From NCBI GenBank assembly GCA_012295275.1, contig CM022669.1:16058001-16122000 (forward strand): a DNA stretch of 64,000 nucleotides. Direction: 5' to 3'. The position numbers were made by a program, and so were the translations under genes. Positions 1-15,567 of this stretch are shown here, piece by piece. How positions within the stretch are numbered: the stretch's first letter is position 1; every line of letters starts with the position of its first letter. The notes beneath the pieces were generated by a model. The model saw only the letters and a program-made list of their open reading frames with translations, was not told the origin of the DNA and did no database searches. This DNA comes from Chrysomallon squamiferum. Taxonomy: Eukaryota; Animalia; Mollusca.

Positions 1-848
1 ATTACCTTAACGACGATCTGTTCCTGATGAAACACAAGTTTAATTTGAATCCATTTATTACTCCGCAAAGTTCAAGAGATCAGCTGTAACGTAGAAGATG
101 AAAACAATAACAACAATACATAATAATAAACACGTTATATTAATCTTCTGCATCGAGCGTCGAACCAAGGAGGATCCAGACATTTTCAAATACTTCACGT
201 GCGGCCAGGAAGGTCAGCGAATAAGAAGTAACACGATTTTCCAACATAGTGAATGTTGTTAGTCCATTCAGTGATCCATTAATACACGAAATGTCTCCAT
301 GTAAAAAAAAAAAAAAGCAATGCTATTTCATTTTCATCTCGCATTGGCCACTCGTTGTAAAAAAAATAAAATATTTAAAAATCGATCCTCTTTTCCTGTT
401 ACCACTTCTTATTTCACTTTGAGATGATTCAAAAAAAAATGTTCATGGCATCTCTGTTACGTTTTTTTATTAGCCTAATAAAATGTGCGCAACTTTTGGC
501 GTCCGCTTTCACCACTCAAGAGCTAGCCAATCGCGACAGTCCTTGGACTCTCCGCTCTTCGTGACCAAATATATGCGATGTTAACTACGTTTCCGCGACC
601 GTGCACTGGTGTCGTGTTCCGATGCCAGACATTGGATCTGGTTATCAGTCGCGGTTCGTAGACCATTCAATCTGTATCAGTTGATTCACCATTCCGTTAC
701 AATGGCTCGACCAAATAGTCCTTTCATAAGCGCTTTGTAGATGCAAATGTCTGGTCTAGTATATATTTTTTTTTAATGGAGCGAATGATTAACAAGTCAC
801 AAAAGGAATGAATGAAAAAGATATTAGTAATTCTTATTTCTTTCTTCA

Positions 849-851
<3 letters not shown>

Positions 852-919
<68 letters not shown>

Positions 920-961
920 GTGCAAAAACATACAAAAAATATTCTTTCTCTTTCTCTGCTA

Positions 962-1050
<89 letters not shown>
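852..1050. repeat. (CT)n microsatellite pair, representative of many CT/AG tracts in the window
   Basis: Pure CT runs at ~852-916 and ~965-1050. Similar tracts at 2011, 10384, 10763, 14717, 36831, 37126, 37635, 41927, 42887, 44180, 46537, 49485, 50070, 50987, 51370, 52783 and 54292. Confidence 0.95.
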
Positions 1051-1053
<3 letters not shown>

Positions 1054-1319
1054 CCGACATTTTTTTTTAATATTTGATCTTCTTTTTTCTTTCTACTTTT
1101 CTTTCGGGGGGTATGTTTGTCAAACATCTGATCCTTGCTAATGGAAAGAAGCTGTATTTTGAAACCGCAGTATATTTAATGTTCCTAGTAAATAATATTT
1201 TATAGAACAATGAAATAATTTACTTTAAAATGCATGAATAATCACAACAACAAAAAACACAACCTCTGCAGTTTCGTGATATATTATGATTAAGGTACTA
1301 AAACAACAACAATAACATC

Positions 1320-1354
<35 letters not shown>

Positions 1355-2005
1355 TGATCATTCTTATTAGTAGCATGATCGCATTATTATTATTTTTATT
1401 ATTTCTTTTTTTCAGCAATATTGAAACACTGGAATAAAAAAAAAAAAAATTTGTTCCTATAACCGCTTATGAGCTGCTCCGAAATTGGAGATATATGAAA
1501 TTGGACGAATTGCGTGCAATGTTATAACATAATGTATAAAATGTCACATATCTGGGTGTTTTGGTTTTTTTTTTAGAGGGTTTTTTTATTTTTTTTTTTT
1601 TTCAGTGAACACATTTAAATCGATTTCCTTCAGTTATAAATAAGTTTTGTATTGTCATTATGACCCATGAACAAAAATCTCACTTTATTTCCGTTCTATC
1701 TGGGGTTTTTTTTTTTAATTCTTTTGTTTTCTCTGATTTTCTTTTATATTTTTCGCACTGCTTCTTTGTCCGATTTTCCTTTTTCTTTAATTTATTTTTT
1801 TCTCTCTCTTTTTCACTATTTTCGCTGTTTTTCTCACTCGTTTTCTGTATTTCTGTCTTTGTTTTTCATTCTTTATTTTTCGAATTTTTTATTTCTATAC
1901 CTATTTTATTATTTATTTTTTATTCTTGGGGGGTTTTGGGGGTTTTTTTTTGTTCTTTGTTTCTATCGTTCATTATCTGAATTTGTCTATGTATTTGTCT
2001 CTGTG

Positions 2006-2091
<86 letters not shown>

Positions 2092-4676
2092 GTTTTCAAG
2101 CTCTGAATCTCAAGCTAATTATTTTTATTTTACTTTTCAATCGTTTTTTTTTTCTTGTATTTGTGTTATTCGTTTTCTCTCTCGCTTTCAGTCCCTCCCC
2201 TATCTATCTATCTATCCATTTGTATGTCTTCTGTCTATCTTTCATACTCTCTTTCTTTCAAAACACACAAATACCCACCGACTCATACAGACACACACAC
2301 ACACACACACAAACAAACCCTTATCCTTCAGCTACAGTCTTCTATTAATCCTCAGCATTTATTCCCTACATGTTATTATTATAACACTTGATTACATTAC
2401 GCTTCTGTGGCAAACTCCGACAGTGTTGTTTTTATTCCTCTTGCGTGTTGAATTTCAAACCGTTCACCAGCAAGTTCAGTTTCCATATTAAATCTTTCTT
2501 CCATTTTCGAAGGAAGGATCCTCGAATCTTTTAGGCTTATTTTGCAGTATATTGGATTCCGGTTAATGACACGTCGCTTAGATATTAATCTTCGAAAGCC
2601 TCAACCCAAACTTCGGCGAGAATGGAACAGCCGGTTATTAGTTCCAGCGAACCAGGGGGGAATTTCAACCATTTCGTGATGAATGGCTCGGTCCAGATAG
2701 GCGTTCATAATTTCTGTTCTCGATCGTGTTGATCTTGATGGAATAAACTGTTCGTGACAAATTTGAATAAACAAGTTATTATGTAAAAGTGAATCAAACG
2801 TGAATGTGCGGTCCGCAGCGAGTGTTATATATAACAGTATTTATTTTCAAGGAGAAGGAACCGAAAATAAAGCATTCGCTTCTATTTCGAGATGGAATTA
2901 GGCGATCGAAGCCAGATAATAAAAGAATATATTGAAGGAAAGAACGAATAAGTGATTTTTTCAAGAAAGAATTAAAAAAGTGATAAAAAATGATTGAATG
3001 TAGGAAAGAAGAAATTATAATAAATGAAAGTAAAGAGAGGTGAAAAGAGCAAAGCGTGGGAAAAAAAAGTTAAATAAAAACCCGATGACATCAATGTCCT
3101 AACAAAACAGTCATTGAGCAGTAAATAAATTAATAAAATAAATTAGCAGATAGACAGGTAGATGAATTAATGAATTAATCAAATATATAAATAAATAAAC
3201 AAATAAATAAATAAATAAAAGGCGTAAATAAATAGATAGAGATAAACAAACGACCAAGCAAACAAATAAATGACCAAGTGATTAAATTAATAAATTCTAA
3301 TTACCCGAACAAAATGCAAATTACTGAATCAATGAATACAAAATATTCATATCCAGCGACGATGTTAATTAACAATTCATTTGCAGTGAGATTATAACAC
3401 ATTTTAATTGGACACGCCAGTTGTTTCATGTCTGGCAGTTTATTGCTCACCCTTACTAATTTGTGTTCCTTAACTTTAATTGATGTACTTTTGTTAAACA
3501 GTATTTTGTCCACAATTCGAAAGCACATTCAGTCACATTTTACACACAAGATGTCCCAGAAAGCACTCCATCGCAAGCTGACAAGTAGGAAGCCGTGTCC
3601 CGGGTACACGTGACGTACTCCAATCCCAGCTGGAAGAGCTTTTGCTTGTCTTAAGGTAGTATTTCCTGTCTCCAAATGTTACTGAGATATAACATTAATT
3701 TCATGTCTCCAAACATTAATTTTCTTGCAATCTCTATTCCGGCTCACCTCTGCTTTTCACTGCTTATTAAGGTTAATCTCGTTAATCGCTCCATCTGTTC
3801 TTCACACATCTCGTTATCCCTATGCGTCTAAATTGGCCTTAATTGCTCACGCCAGTTTTCCCATTTCTGGAAGCGGATTAGAACACCTCACCGCTTACCT
3901 AATCTGGAGACTGCCATTTATGGGAACATACCTTTGCAATACCTTTTTCTCCATCATCAATAGTTGTTTACGGAGTAATTACATTAGCATATGAATATCC
4001 AGTTTTCTACACATATTCTGTTATGTTCTCTTCGATTTCAAATATATAAATGCATTCATATGAAACATGAAAATAGATATTTGACTCCGACTTTCAAAGT
4101 TTTTAACATCCATAAATTTATATCTGTCATATACGAGAATGTATCGGATGGTTTTCGTAAGGGTCATTTACATTTTTTTAAATTTTATTTTATTAGTCGT
4201 ATTCATTAACTGACACTATAATTATTATTTTATGTAGAGACAAAATGCTTGACAGTTTCTCTGAAACTGTTTAACTTGTGACCTCACCCTCCCTACCCAT
4301 TATTTGATAAATGTATATCGGTTAAACTTAAAATTGTAAAATTAATTAATGAAAACCATTTAATACCAGTGATTAAAAAAAGTTGTGTTTAAAAAGGTAT
4401 TACGATAGCTTCATACCGACAAAGGTACGTTGGCAAGAATGCTGACCACGTTGCCGATGTAGAACAGATCTGGCATTCACAGATTCTAAGATCTCAGTTC
4501 CTATAGAAATTTCTTTTAAACAGTAAATGCAGTGATATTCTTGAAAATTGCACATGTCAGTGACCGCTATGTAAGTATTCATATAAATATCTCATATATT
4601 TAGATTTTTGCATTTGCACACTATCGAGCGGATTCGTGACACAAATAATTAATTATCGCTGAAAAGATGGGACGGG

Positions 4677-6103
<1,427 letters not shown>

Positions 6104-7480
6104 ATGTGCATTACTATATATCAGTGTATCACTCTCATTCTATTTGTTTGTGTATCTTTCTTTCACGCATACACACACACAGTATACGAACTATTTCAAA
6201 TGTGATTTGGTTTCTTTTACAAGTACGTTGTTTTCAAAAATGCTAATCTCGAATAAAAAAAAATTAATAATCACATCTCCAGTGACATAAAAACACATAA
6301 AATGAGCTTCTTGCTTAAATTTTAGTAAAATGCATTTATGTCTTTAAAAGTTTCGTGTCCTATTTTATTTATTTATTCACATTATCGACAAAACCAGATG
6401 TTTGTTTTCAATCTTCGGACTTAAATCTCGTGTAATGTCTAAGATATCACATTATTTAATCTGTTCTAGTTATTACAAGATCGGATAGCGTCGTAAGTCT
6501 CGTTCAAATACACTCAATTATTATTATTATTTTAATATTATTTAAATATTATTTAATTATTACTAATTCTTTTTTTCATGTTGTTTTTAGGGGGTCGTTT
6601 TGTTTGATTGTTTTTTTTTTTTTTTTTTTTTTTTTCTTTGTACTTTTTTGTTGTTTTATATATATATATATATTTATTTATTTAATTACACTGAAATGTG
6701 TCCAACTTCGCAAACGATATATATCCAAGCAATAAATGCGTTCTTTAATGAATATGGTTACATACAATTCCACACCTTTCAGAAAAAATGGCCGTCTTTT
6801 AATCTGCAATGAAATCAGACGATATCTTGATACTGTACCGGACCGATGTAATTGTTATAAGTGCACCGTAGATAGTTTTATATAATATATAATGAACTGT
6901 AACCGCTAAATGTACACAAAAAAGGTAGTTGTGAGTTTCATATCACATCATTGCATTATCATCAACGTCATCAACCATAAGCGTAATTACAACGACAGCT
7001 CCCTGAAGAAGAACAGTATTAGCAATTACAACATCAACGACAACTGAATTCTTGGTACCATCATCAGAGTATTCCCATAATAAACGGAATACAAATGCAT
7101 TGAAAAATTACGGTCATCTTGCGACATTTTGCATGTCACATCACTAATTTGTGGAGTGAGTTGCAGGATATCCCATGGGTTGTCAGAGTTTGTCATAAAT
7201 GTCGCTGTGAATTATGCAGCACTTGATATAATATTATTTCGTGTGTTTAGCAAATGATGTTCTGGAATAACACAATCTCCCTTGGCGAAAGTGTTAATGG
7301 GAAACGCAAAGAAAAGGTTTGGATCGTGTGCTAAATATATTTTTTTTGTCGCAATGAGAAAACAAGCAGAACCTCTCGAAATGAGAGAAAGAAAATGTTA
7401 CATAAAAAACAAAAACAAAAAAAACAACAAAAAAACATTTAAGATATTTAAACTACAATCTTGGGATATGCATGTAAGTC

Positions 7481-7560
<80 letters not shown>

Positions 7561-8624
7561 ACGACTTAAAGGAATAAAATAAGGAAAATTAAAGCAACAC
7601 ATACATCAAACTGCACCATTACGAAAAGTCTTCAGAAATGACAGGTTCTCTATTACAACGCTTGTTTTTAGACAACTAGATCTATTAAGATCTATTTTAA
7701 ATCTCAATCAGTATTTTCTCTAGCAATTAACTGAAGAGAGGAGCAAAAACAGCAAGACTTAAATGACACTGCTGCACTGACAACACATATATTTGATATG
7801 AAAATAGATTCATACATCATCCACTGGAATAGCTTATTCCGCAATGGCGTCTGAAATTAGTGATACTAATGAAAATAAATAACTAACTATTTTCTACTAC
7901 AGTTCCTTTTTTTTTTTTTTTTTTTTTTTAATATTGTGTAATCAGAAACGTCGCATGCTATCCACTAATAGACATCAAGATTTAAGATTCCGATGTTCCG
8001 GATAAACTGCAAATAGCACTGAGCGCCTCTTCCATCTTTGTTACATAATTATGTTTTATACTGTTCAACACTGATAAGTCGCTTCTCAGTGATAGGGTCA
8101 TCTTGCTGCAGTGCTTTACTCTGACTTTGTGACGTTTTGAACCTGCGTTTGTACGGAGCTGTTTCGTAGAAAGATCATAATAGCTGAATATTTGTAGCAT
8201 CAATTTTCTGTTGTTGTTTTTTTTTTTGAGTGCCACGTTAATAGATGCCACGTGTATTATTGTTGTTGTTGTTTTGTTTGTTTGATTGTGTGTTTTGGGG
8301 GGATTTTTTGTTCACACAAACAGACACACACAAATACAAAAAGAACTCATATAATTCGTTTCGTATATTCTTGAGATGCGATTCAATAACATTTCAATTA
8401 TAATCTCAGTTATTAAAGAACAAACTGACTGCTTGAGTTTTTAACTGTTTAAACTTTCGAGAAAATCAATCATTCTGGCTCACCGCTCAAAGAATCTGTT
8501 TATTCCATGAACATGTTTCTAATTTGGATCCAATTTCAGTAGAAACAAATGACTTAAGGGCAAAAATGCATACTGATAGCAAACAATATTGTTTTATTAT
8601 TTTATTAATTTCTTTGATGACTTT

Positions 8625-8671
<47 letters not shown>

Positions 8672-9034
8672 TTATAATTACTTTCTTTTTTTAAGGTTAT
8701 CGTTACTATTACTATTACTATGTTGTTGTTGTTGTTCTAGTTGTTTCAAGCGTGTATATTCACTGACAGAAAAAAGTATTATTTGTATGAATATGTGTAT
8801 GTTTGAGTATGTATATCTACTAAATACGAAGTTCATACTAAACAGACAATAAATTAAAAAATAAATAAATATCTATAATAACAGTAAATCCCAAACAACT
8901 AATTCAGTTAAAAACATCAGAAAACTAAAATGAATTCAGCGAGATTTTACTAAATTAATTATTGGTTTCCTGCAAGGATATTATGCGCTGAGACAGAATC
9001 ATTTTAAAATGGTGAAGAGAAGAAATTTGCGATT

Positions 9035-9071
<37 letters not shown>

Positions 9072-10378
9072 TTAAGAGAGAGAGAGACAGAGTGACAGAA
9101 TACGCAACATTGGTCTTTTAGATCATGCACAAACTCGTCTGTAGATAATTTTATGTTAAAAGACAAAGCAAATTCTTTCAACTAGTCAAAGTCTGTTTAA
9201 TCGGAGACTGACGTCTGTGCAAACCAGCTAAGTTGTGTCAAGTTTCGATTGTCGTAATATTTTCAAAGACTGCTTTTCGCGGTGTGACATGTCTGTCTAG
9301 AAACTGTAAGGTTCTTTAAATATTGGGCACATGTAAGTGGAAACATTGACCGGGAGGCATTCGAAGATTAAAGCTTGCAGTTTCCTGTGAGTTTCATTTC
9401 CGGGAGAAGCAGGACGCGTAGAATTATTTGAAAAGTAATTACAGACTTACCCTTTATAAAATTTTAATTTAAAATTCTTTCTTCTTAACCTGCAAATTCC
9501 GGAAGAAAAAAGAAAAGGAGAGCAATAAAACTGCAAACCTGAGGCTATATACTCGTTTGCAAATCTTATTAAAAACAAAACAACCAAAAATGTATCTGTA
9601 TGTCTGAATCTATCTCTTGTGTATTCTTCCATCCATTTATGCTGTTTATTGTGGTATTGATTATTAAGCTCATCCATTATTTTCACATATCTTAGAACTA
9701 CAATTTACCAAGATGACTAGAAGTAATAACCACAGCCCAGTTGCGGTTTGTTCCAGTGAATATGATGAACTCCACAACCAAATATTTTACACAGCTCATT
9801 CAGAAGCTCAAACAAAAAAAAAGATTAATCACATTCTTATGCTTTCATTTTTTTTTTCCCATTATTTTTATTTTCTTAGAGTTAGATCGATTTAAGAGAA
9901 AAATATATTTTACTTAAAAGAAAATAACAGTAATAAAAAATATTTTCATTTAAATCGCAAGGTTAACGTAAAGTACATTTGAACATCAAGATGAAATTTA
10001 TGGGGAAAAAAATAACAAATATATTTCAGTGTTTACGACCACTGCTAGTACTACCATCACCACTACTGCTATCTAACAACAACTGTTACTTTCATTACTA
10101 TAATAATATTTATTATTACCATTATTATTATCATATTATCATCATAATTATCATCACAATCCGACATAGGTAATCTATGCAGGTGCTAGATTCCTTTTGT
10201 TCACCGTAAAACCAACACATTTCGTACAAAATAAAAACATAAACAAAAAATAAACTTAATAATAATAAAATTGTGAGTGTTTCAGCTGCAATTCGATAAA
10301 AGTTCCCTATGGAATGGTTTCATACAGCATCTCACAGATCATCTTCGCACAAATATGTTTATTTCACATCTAATAACC

Positions 10379-10467
<89 letters not shown>

Positions 10468-10758
10468 CATACATACATACATACATACACAGATACCCAT
10501 ATGAAGTGTATTTTAAATATTTATTCATTCAAGATAATACTAAATACATATTCTGATGTATCGGTTAGGATTTTTGACTAAAGATGGTTGGTTACTCGTT
10601 CACGAGCTCATAGTTGATATTTTATGTTTGTTGTTTTTGCGGTTAAAGCGCTGTTATTAAATTACCACTCCCTTTTTGATAAATTAATTCTAGTTTCCTT
10701 GAAAAGTCGTTCGTTCAATTAAGCTACAGCAGCAAAGCCTGCTTCTATTTTATTATAT

Positions 10759-10850
<92 letters not shown>

Positions 10851-11270
10851 ATTTGTTTTACATTATTATTATTGTTATTATTATTATGATTAGTAGTATT
10901 AGTAGTAGAAGTCTTAGTAACAGTAGTAGTATATGAAACGTCGGTCGGCAATGAGAAATAAACTAGAAAGGGAAAAGTATAAACTTTTTCTTTTCCTTTA
11001 CTCTTCAACATACTAATGTTTTTCATGGCTTAACACCTTGGTTCCTATATTAACATTTCAGAGAGATGTGCAGAGTCCTCTGTTGACGATGCAAACATTG
11101 TTTCAAATGGTTAACTGACTGGAAACAAAGAGAGTCGGATTATTTAACTGTTCTACGTGGTTATGTTATATTTATTTTCGATTTTATTACTGTGGTTTAT
11201 GTTGTATTTGGTTGTTCTTTTTTTTCTCCTTCATCTTTTCTTTCTTTCTTTCATCTTCTTCATCTTCTTC

Positions 11271-11340
<70 letters not shown>

Positions 11341-13599
11341 CAGTATCATTATCACAGCCATCATCATCATCTTCATCTGATAGGTTCTTCGTTATCAAAT
11401 TTTGTTTATTTTAATTTTGTTACTGAAATTGATGTCTTTGTTGTTGTTGTTACTGTTGTTATTATTATTTTTTAATAACAATTTTCTCACTTCTTCTTAT
11501 TTTTTTGTTGGTGTGTGTGTGTGTGTGAAAATTCTGAAACAGACAGGAAATGACCTATCATTAGAGGTACTGGCTTATGCGAGTAATATGTATTTAAATG
11601 AGCGGAACAAAACCGAAGAAAAGTTAAATATTAGATTTTCGAAAAAAAATATATAAAAAATATAAAAAAATATATAAAAATATTTCCAACAAATGGTTCA
11701 GCTCTACTCCTCTGACAAGGATTTGTTGAGCAGTGTTGTACAAATTGCTTCTTGAAATCAGTTTTCAAAATCTATCTGGAATAAAATCTGGTTTAGTTAC
11801 CTCGTTAAGTTCTGACAGTTGGGGGAAATTGTCTAATCCACGAATCCGATTACAGACAGAAGCGGTGTCATTCTGACAGTTCTTCACACCGAAAGGTCAA
11901 AAACCAATTCTCCGACTTAATAACACACGCTCTGAAAATCCAAAATGACAGATCTTGTAATGAAATACTTGATGCAAGATGCTCATAGGAAAAATAACGA
12001 TTTTATAAAAAAAAAAATTAAAAGAGAGAGAGAGAAAAAAAAAAAAACCATTTCATGTATTTTTATTTTGTTTTATTTATTTATTTATTTATTTTTAATT
12101 TTGCTTTACTATTATTATTATTATTATTATTATTATCATTATTATCATTATTATTATTTCATGATTAATTTTTTTTATATTCCATAAAATCATTATTTCT
12201 CTATATGTTTTATCTACCATTAATCCATGGGAAGGTGCTATTAAAAGATATCTGCCGCTAAGACGGGAGAAAAGACAGGTTACTCTTCACAATAACAGCA
12301 GCATCTTCCCTGATTCATTTCTGTGTAAATGACGTTACGTAAATATGTTGCATAAGTCATTCAATAAAAAATTATATAATTTTAAATTTAGATCAGCACA
12401 GTCCCACTCAAAAGAAGAAAGACATTAAATTCAATTTCGCACTCAATAATTATACACATAAGCTTTTGATAAACCGGTCACAAAATACATTTGTAGAGAC
12501 ATATCTTACATGCCTACATCAATTCACGTTCACAGTAATTAAATATGTAAATGAATACACATATATACGTATAATTAGATACAGAAAGACACAGGTATAA
12601 TTATTTGCAAAGAATAATAAAAAGAAGAGAAAAATACGAAAAAAAAAGTTAATCACAAATCAAGATGGATTGGACGTACCTTCCTGAATCGAGTGTTATA
12701 ATTTTACAAATTACGCGAAATAAAAGTGAAAAAACAAATAAAAATTGTTTTAAATATTGAATGAATTAATTTTTCTTGCTACTTTTATCAGGTTTTGACA
12801 GTGTTATTTATGTTGCCTAATCAATAGAGAACAAGAAACGTAATTTACAGTCTTGTCACACAAGACCAGCGTAACATCAGTATAATCACTGTATTACGCA
12901 CCATTTGTTTCTATGATAGGAGGTACTCAAAAGTAATTTTACTGTTTGGGAAATACAAGATTGACTTCTAACTATTACTGTAGATCTTTTTTATCCTGAT
13001 TTCAGTGATAAAAAAATTCAAAGTTGTCATTCAAATATTTCAAAAGTTATAATTGTTTTTTCTTAATATCTAACTCTTTTATTTTTTTTATTTTTTGGTG
13101 CTGTTTGTTCATAATTGGCATTTTGAAGAAATCTCAATTTTTAAGAAACCATTCATTGCAAATCGTGATTGTCTCTGACAAATTTCGATTTTTGACGGCC
13201 ATTGCAGAAGCGAAATCGTCTCGAACAAAGTTTATTTCATGATATGTCATATTGTATATTACAATTATTCAGAATAATTTTTTTTTTCATATCTCTGCAA
13301 AAATATTTACACTGACAAGTGAAACTGAAGTTTGTAAAATCATTCATTTGTGCTAAATATTTCGTTTCTTTTTACAATCTTTGAAAATTCGTAACTTCAC
13401 TTACGTTTGTACTACGAAGTAGTATTTTTATTTTTATTAATTGATGATGAAATGTATTTAGAAGGGATAAATTAGAAAACCTGAAATGTTTATTTTTAGG
13501 GGTTTCGCTTTTTTTCTTGTAACAAGTTGCAGTTTTCTTCAGAATGGAGTTACAGGCTTAGTGTTAGGAAAGGCTATAATGTAACAATAACAAAGATGA

Positions 13600-13750
13600 T
13601 TTGGTGACTTCCTTTTCAGAGCACTTTTCACTGAGAGTAAATTCAATTTTGGTGATTATGAATGTAAATGGAGAAGAAGCAGAATTTTACTTGGATAAAA
13701 TATAAAAAGTGACTTTTGTGGGAAACTATTCGATAGTGGGAATGGACTTT
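13600..13750 (+). mobile_element. Possible highly degenerate Tc1/mariner transposase remnant
   Basis: One frame reads RALFTESKFNFGDYECKWRRSRILL, resembling the Tc1 first catalytic block VLFSDESKFNLFG...VWRR but lacking the catalytic D. Interrupted by stops; no TIRs identified. Confidence 0.3.
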
Positions 13751-14711
13751 ATGAAGCAAATTCAAAGTAAAGAGGGGACCAATAAGGAAATTTGTTCTAT
13801 GTTATTATTCATCATGAATTTAGGATGTTTAGAATCTAGCAAGCTCACTTTTTCCCACTAACTCTAATTAAACACACTTCATCAGTTCCAACATTATTTC
13901 CAAGGCATTGCGTCAACCGCAGAAAATTCATATAAAAAGCTAAATGCTACTGAATAAACAAGTGCAAAATCAGGGTATTTTTACATCACAGCAACAGTTG
14001 TTGTTTTTTTTGCGATTTTTCTGGCTAAGGAAATAAATAAACTGTAAAAAACCTGAAGGCCTTCAAAATGTAGTCTGTAACTACCATTATGTCGTGAAAT
14101 GTTACGCCTAAATATTTTTGATGATTTATTAACAAAGACAATGCATATGTAACTGACTCCGATATCATTTCAACACAGATTTAATCACTTAAATCGTAAT
14201 CGTATAGAAAGAATGAACATTTTGCTTATAAACCAAAGTATTTCACGAGGTTCTGTTTGCGGACAACTGGTTTGATCAGTCACTTTCTGACTCAGGAGTG
14301 AATCGGCTTCAAAGGCCATGATCGATTTAATGAATGGTTCGATCTCCTGAAGTCTCACTCAGGTAGGGTGAGCGGTTGTGTGCTTTCTTTTCGAGAGAGG
14401 TCTGGAGCTCGAAACTGGTCAACAGAATTTACGTGAGTTTTCTTCTTTTTCTTCATAATACGAGATGACAGTCGCGCAATAAACACAAATATAAGACTTC
14501 TGATTTTCCATTCATGCAGATTTTATTCAGATAGGACATGAATAAAAGAAAAATCAAGTGCTTCAAAGACAAAAAAAAAAAAAACCCAAAACCAAACCAA
14601 AAAATATAAAAACAATGAAATAAAAATAAAAAAAATTGGTCAAACTATAGGTCATAGACCAAACATAGAGACGCTTTGAAATACCTAATAACATCACTTG
14701 TCAGGTGTACT

Positions 14712-14822
<111 letters not shown>

Positions 14823-15518
14823 TGTCAACTTTGATTTTTCTTATAAAACTCGTTGTTTTACCGTTGCAGCTATTTTTACCATTGTCTTTTTATCCATTAG
14901 ATGAATTCTTCAAAAGGTAAATTAAAACATTAATATTAATTTGCTGCTAAAAATCAAAATAACTCTCTTGTAGCTAAAGATTATTTTATTTCTAGCGACC
15001 AGTTGTGGTTTGATGATTCTAATAGAGGAGAAAGAAATTTATCGATGACCATAAAAAAAAAAAAAAAAAATAAAAATAAAAAATATTAATTTAGTTATCA
15101 TACTTTATAACTGTATAAGGTTACTCTCGAGCTTCTCGGAGCACGAAAACGAGCAATAACATTCTAACGGATAAACAATATTTAGGTTGTATTGTCGCTC
15201 CACACGAGATACTCTGCATAATTAAAGAACAACAGAATGGTTTTAGAAATCTAGATATTAATGAATTCCGTTTTACGCATACTAAGCACGATTTACTATC
15301 CAGGGGAGGTAACTACGTCTCAACACGAAAGAATGTCGGAATTGATTGTAATGATCTGTTCTTGTTTTACAGTTAACATTATTTTTGTTCTTTTTCTCCT
15401 CCTTTACGCTGATATATATATATATATATAGTGAATGAAATACAGATGTAATGTTTACTTGTTATTCGTTTTATAATGATTATAATTTTACTACTACTTC
15501 TACCACCACTGAAACTGC

Positions 15519-15567
<49 letters not shown>

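Noticed and set aside
634-665. miR-9-like TCTGGTTATCAG
   Set aside because: Only partial similarity, the seed does not match, and there is no convincing precursor hairpin.
812-2491. ORFs with poly-SL, poly-ER or F/L-rich content (and similar ORFs across the window)
   Set aside because: Translations of CT/AG, ATT and T-rich microsatellites; no domain content or splice support.
2700-2835. 7SK-like or other Pol III ncRNA suggested by GATC...GATC and a TATA box
   Set aside because: T-runs just after the putative start would terminate Pol III, and no other 7SK motifs are recognisable.
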